From an uncultured Bacteroidales bacterium (GTDB taxonomy: Bacteria > Bacteroidota > Bacteroidia > Bacteroidales > Paludibacteraceae): 64,000 nt of DNA. Under the pieces are notes generated by a model that did no database searches, was not told where the DNA came from, and saw nothing but the letters and a program-made list of their open reading frames with translations. The position numbers were made by a program, and so were the translations under genes. The stretch spans positions 145,378 to 209,377 of the forward strand of contig CALAUA010000015.1 of NCBI GenBank assembly GCA_937891975.1. The letters are read 5' to 3'. Shown piece after piece: positions 60,624 through 64,000 of this stretch; position 1 is the first letter of the stretch; every line of letters starts with the position of its first letter.

Positions 60624-61298
60624 TCACCACACCCACGGAATCAGTCGCCAACGAACGCGCTGTTGGTAGTCGGCATAGCCCTCTAACCCTGAGGTAAGCA
60701 CTTGTTCTTCGTTACGTATCCGTTTGATTATCAATAGGGGATAGATAGCAAACAATGCTAGTGCCCACCATGAGCCCAAGATGAGAGGCATTGAGAGAAA
60801 CATCAGCAGGGTGGCTGTGTACATGGGATGGCGAACAATGCCGTATAAACCCGTATCAATGAGTTGCTGGTCGTCTTGTACTTCAATAGTGCGCGATAAA
60901 TACGCATTTTCGCGTAGCACTTCGGCGTAAAGGATATAACCTATCAAAAAGAACACAGAGGCCGTAGCAACCACCCACACTGGTATTTGAGACCAAGCGA
61001 AGCGGTAATCAAAACCGCAGAGCAAAAAGCCACCGATAAACATCAATCCTGATAGGGCAACCACATGCTTTTGTGTTTGCTCTTTCTCCTTATTATTCAG
61101 TCGTTTAGATAAGAGTTCGGGGGAGGATAATAGCAGCCATATACCCATGCACATCATGGGAATAAACAGTAGCGCAATCAGCAGCCATGCATGCCAATAA
61201 TGCCATGAACCAGCGGGCAGAAATAGTAGCAAACCTATAATGCCCAAACCAACTACAAGTTTGGATAACGCACTAAAGATGAGTTGTAATTTATTCAT
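60624..61298 (-). CDS. Isoprenylcysteine carboxyl / phospholipid methyltransferase family membrane protein
   Basis: Polytopic membrane protein. GLYGIVRHPMY motif. EEQVL...GY..Y...V C-terminus. Confidence 0.75.
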   Translation of the reverse strand: MNKLQLIFSALSKLVVGLGIIGLLLFLPAGSWHYWHAWLLIALLFIPMMCMGIWLLLSSPELLSKRLNNKEKEQTQKHVVALSGLMFIGGFLLCGFDYRFAWSQIPVWVVATASVFFLIGYILYAEVLRENAYLSRTIEVQDDQQLIDTGLYGIVRHPMYTATLLMFLSMPLILGSWWALALFAIYPLLIIKRIRNEEQVLTSGLEGYADYQQRVRWRLIPWVW

Positions 61299-61962
61299 TG
61301 CTCATGATAATTTCGGAGAAATCGTGCCAACCTGTTTTGCCTTTCATCCATTCAGCGGCAATGACAGCCCCAAGGGCAAATCCTTTGCGCGATTTAGCAG
61401 AGTGACTAATGCTGATGGTGTCCACTTCGCTATCCCACACAACCATGTGAATACCAGGCACTTCGCCCTCTCGAATAGACTCGACATCTGCTATAGGTAG
61501 TCGCTCCTCGCCGATGGCCTCTTGCAGCGTTTTGGCTGTGCCGCTGGGGGCATCCAACTTGTGAATATGATGCACCTCTATCATGTGAGGTGTGTAATCG
61601 GGGTATGCTACCATGAGTTTTGCCAATTGGCGGTTGAGGGCAAAGAGGATATTCACGCCTATACTATAGTTGGATGACCACATGAGCCCCGCCTCTTGCG
61701 CCTCTTGCTTTATCGCCTCTACATCCCATCCCGTAGTGCCGCAAACCACAGGTACGCCTGCTGACCAAGCGCGGCGGATGTTCTGCTCCGCTGTTTGCGG
61801 AGTGGTGAACTCTACGGCTACATCTGCCGAAGCAAAGGCCTCCGACTCAAAGTCGCACAAGTTATTTTGGTCTATGATACATACAATCTCGTGCCCGCGC
61901 TCCAGGGCGATGGACTCAATCATGTGTCCCATTTTTCCGTATCCAATCAATGCTATTTTCAT
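61291..61962 (-). CDS. dapB: 4-hydroxy-tetrahydrodipicolinate reductase
   Basis: MKIALIGYGKMG, EVHHIHKLDAPSGTA, short (223 aa) Bacteroidota-type DapB. Confidence 0.85.
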   Translation of the reverse strand: MKIALIGYGKMGHMIESIALERGHEIVCIIDQNNLCDFESEAFASADVAVEFTTPQTAEQNIRRAWSAGVPVVCGTTGWDVEAIKQEAQEAGLMWSSNYSIGVNILFALNRQLAKLMVAYPDYTPHMIEVHHIHKLDAPSGTAKTLQEAIGEERLPIADVESIREGEVPGIHMVVWDSEVDTISISHSAKSRKGFALGAVIAAEWMKGKTGWHDFSEIIMSNE

Positions 61963-62108
61963 TGTTTACCTCATCATTAAAATTTCACAAATTATGTTTG
62001 CATTTTTTACAGCATAATAAACATTTTGCAAAAGTACAAAAAAAAATACAACTGTGCAAATGATACATAATTTTTTAAAGAAAATTTGTTTATATCTAAA
62101 AATTTATG

Positions 62109-62116
62109 TACCTTTG
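62109..62116 (+). promoter_or_regulatory. -7 box TACCTTTG
   Basis: 22 nt upstream of the ATG at 62139. Confidence 0.5.
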
Positions 62117-62138
62117 CAACACAAAAATAAATTTCATC

Positions 62139-62858
62139 ATGAAAACAATTAAAATAACTCTTTTAGTGGTAGGGTTATTCCTCCAAAATTTTACTTTGAT
62201 GCAAGCTGCAGAACGCTGGCTGGAAGGTTACAAGAAAGTTCTCGTTATTGGTGCTCACCCTGATGACCCTGAGACCATGTGCGGCGGTACGATGATTAAA
62301 CTGCGCGAGATGGGTGTAGAGGTTGTATCCGTATATTTTACAGGTGGTGAAGCAGGTATTCCGGGCAAGAGCCACGAAGAGTCACGCACCATTCGCACAG
62401 CAGAGGCTAAGAAGGCATGTGAAGTGATGGGTGTGCGCGCCGTATTTATGACGCAAATCGACGGCAATACAGAAGTAAATAAGGCTCGCTATGCCGAAAT
62501 GAAAGCCCTGATTGAGGCTGAGAAACCCGATATGGTGATTACCCACTGGCCTATTGATTCGCACCGTGATCATCGTGTATGCTCGATTCTGGTGTATGAT
62601 GCATGGCGACAAACAGGATATAATTTTGACCTCTACTATGGCGAGGTTATGACAGGTATGCAAACGCAAACATTTGCTCCCAATCATTGGGTGAATATCA
62701 CCAAGCAACACGACCAAAAAGTGAAAGCATACTATTGCCACGAGAGCCAAGACATGCCTTTGGTACAAGAATGGCACGATGCGATGGAAATCCTCCGAGG
62801 TATGGAATGTCATACCAAATATGCTGAAGCATTCACCAAGCAAGTGTGGACGGAGTAG
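62139..62858 (+). CDS. PIG-L (LmbE-like) family deacetylase, secreted
   Basis: ORF trimmed to MKTIKITLLVVGLFL. VLVIGAHPDDPETMCGG and HWPIDSHRDH metal-site motifs. Confidence 0.8.
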   Translation: MKTIKITLLVVGLFLQNFTLMQAAERWLEGYKKVLVIGAHPDDPETMCGGTMIKLREMGVEVVSVYFTGGEAGIPGKSHEESRTIRTAEAKKACEVMGVRAVFMTQIDGNTEVNKARYAEMKALIEAEKPDMVITHWPIDSHRDHRVCSILVYDAWRQTGYNFDLYYGEVMTGMQTQTFAPNHWVNITKQHDQKVKAYYCHESQDMPLVQEWHDAMEILRGMECHTKYAEAFTKQVWTE

Positions 62859-62882
62859 AGGTTAAAGGTTAGAGGCTGGGAT
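62857..62882. repeat. F-word heptamers at the PIG-L / glycerate kinase junction
   Basis: tagaggttaaaggttagaggctggga. Contains the upstream stop codon. Confidence 0.85.
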
Positions 62883-62883
62883 T

Positions 62884-64000
62884 ATGAAGATAGTTGTAGC
62901 TTCGGATTCGTTTAAGGGGTCGTTGAGTAGCACGGAAGTGGCGACTGCGGCTGCACGTGGAATAAAATCAGTATATCCTGATTGCGAAGTGGTGGCGGTA
63001 AGTATGGCAGATGGCGGAGAGGGTACGGTAGAAGCTATTGTGAAAGCACTAGATGGTGAAATAGTAAATGCCGTAGTGAGCGATCCCCTTGGTCGCGCTG
63101 TGCAGGCGCATTATGGCATAGCTGGAGGGATGGCGATAATAGAGATGGCGGCGGCAAGTGGTTTGCCGTTGCTCAGTGCGAAAGAACGCAATCCTTGGTT
63201 GACATCAACCCATGGTACTGGTGAAATGATTATGGATGCGATAGGTCGTGGTTGTAGGGATTTTCTCATCGGAATTGGTGGTAGTGCTACGAATGATGCA
63301 GGTACGGGTATGCTGCAAGCTATGGGTTTCCGTTTTTACGATATTCATGGAAAAGAGATAAGGGATTGCTGCGGTGGTAGGTTGGGCGATATTAGGCGGA
63401 TAGATGATAGTGGGGTGACGGAAGGGGTGCGTCAATCAACATTTACTGTGGCATGTGATGTGGACACGACGTTTTGTGGTCGGGAAGGTGCTGCCTATGT
63501 GTTTGCTCCGCAGAAAGGCGCTGATGCGGAAATGATAACTCGATTGGATGCGGGTATGGCATCACTGGCGAAAGTGATAGAAGAAAAATATCACATTAAT
63601 ATTGTGCCTATTGCAGGTGCAGGTGCAGCAGGTGGTATGGGAGGTGGATTCTGTGCCTTTCTGAATGCTAGGCTCAAACGAGGAGTAGATATGGTGCTGG
63701 ATGCAATAGGTTTTGATACCATTATCCAAGGTGCTGACTTGGTGATAACTGGGGAAGGGAAGATTGATAGTCAAACAGCAAAAGGAAAGACGGCTGCAGG
63801 TGTGTTGGCCCGTGCTAAAGCACAAGGCATACCTGTGGTGGCGATAGCTGGACGTGTGGAGATGTGCGATAGTGTAGCGCAGATGGGCTTTGCGGGCATC
63901 TACCCCATACTGGAAGAGAAAGTACCATTGGAAGTGGCAATGCAAGCGGATTTTGCTGCTGCTAATGTGGAAAAGACGGTAAAGAATTTGCATATATCGC
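62884..64000 (+). CDS. Glycerate kinase (3' end truncated by the window edge)
   Basis: Not in the ORF track because no stop is reached. My own translation from the ATG at 62884 gives MKIVVASDSFKGSLSSTEVATAAARGIK...SMADGGEGTVEAIV...IGIGGSATNDAGTGM, open to position 64000. Confidence 0.85.
   Translation, partial: MKIVVASDSFKGSLSSTEVATAAARGIKSVYPDCEVVAVSMADGGEGTVEAIVKALDGEIVNAVVSDPLGRAVQAHYGIAGGMAIIEMAAASGLPLLSAKERNPWLTSTHGTGEMIMDAIGRGCRDFLIGIGGSATNDAGTGMLQAMGFRFYDIHGKEIRDCCGGRLGDIRRIDDSGVTEGVRQSTFTVACDVDTTFCGREGAAYVFAPQKGADAEMITRLDAGMASLAKVIEEKYHINIVPIAGAGAAGGMGGGFCAFLNARLKRGVDMVLDAIGFDTIIQGADLVITGEGKIDSQTAKGKTAAGVLARAKAQGIPVVAIAGRVEMCDSVAQMGFAGIYPILEEKVPLEVAMQADFAAANVEKTVKNLHIS

Overview
This 64-kb window looks like a Bacteroidota chromosome, probably Prevotellaceae. 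Support: TAnnTTTG -7 promoter boxes before most transcription units, T9SS-like C-terminal tails, and a typical gene set (U32 peptidase, DUF4301, DUF4292, several FKBP isomerases). I call about 50 protein genes plus one tRNA-Gln. Most of the window (1-5700 and 28200-64000) is dense housekeeping, mainly on the minus strand: ddl, polyprenyl synthase, rplS, recF, rimM, AddA-like helicase, dut, truA, ribE, rsmI, ilvE, lepB, dapB, and a glycerate kinase that runs off the right edge and is missing from the ORF track. The accessory part (5800-28200) is a mirror-image locus. Two divergently oriented giant surface-protein genes (2345 and 2997 aa) share near-identical N-terminal leaders and C-terminal tails. 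They flank a central segment holding an AT-rich P-loop orphan, a pair of small secreted-protein cassettes arranged like a DNA-inversion switch, a Bro-N gene and a DUF4143 ATPase. That segment is bracketed by an inverted pair of roughly 140-160-bp composite repeats. The most unusual signal runs through the whole window. A family of short 'word' arrays with 7-, 8- or 11-nt units fills many of the spaced same-strand gene junctions. These arrays supply several stop codons and are also inserted in frame into conserved housekeeping genes (ddl, truA, ilvE, U32 peptidase, polyprenyl synthase, a flippase). All calls rest on reading the sequence and ORF translations by eye. No database search was possible, so family names are recognitions from motifs and repeat coordinates may be off by a few nt.
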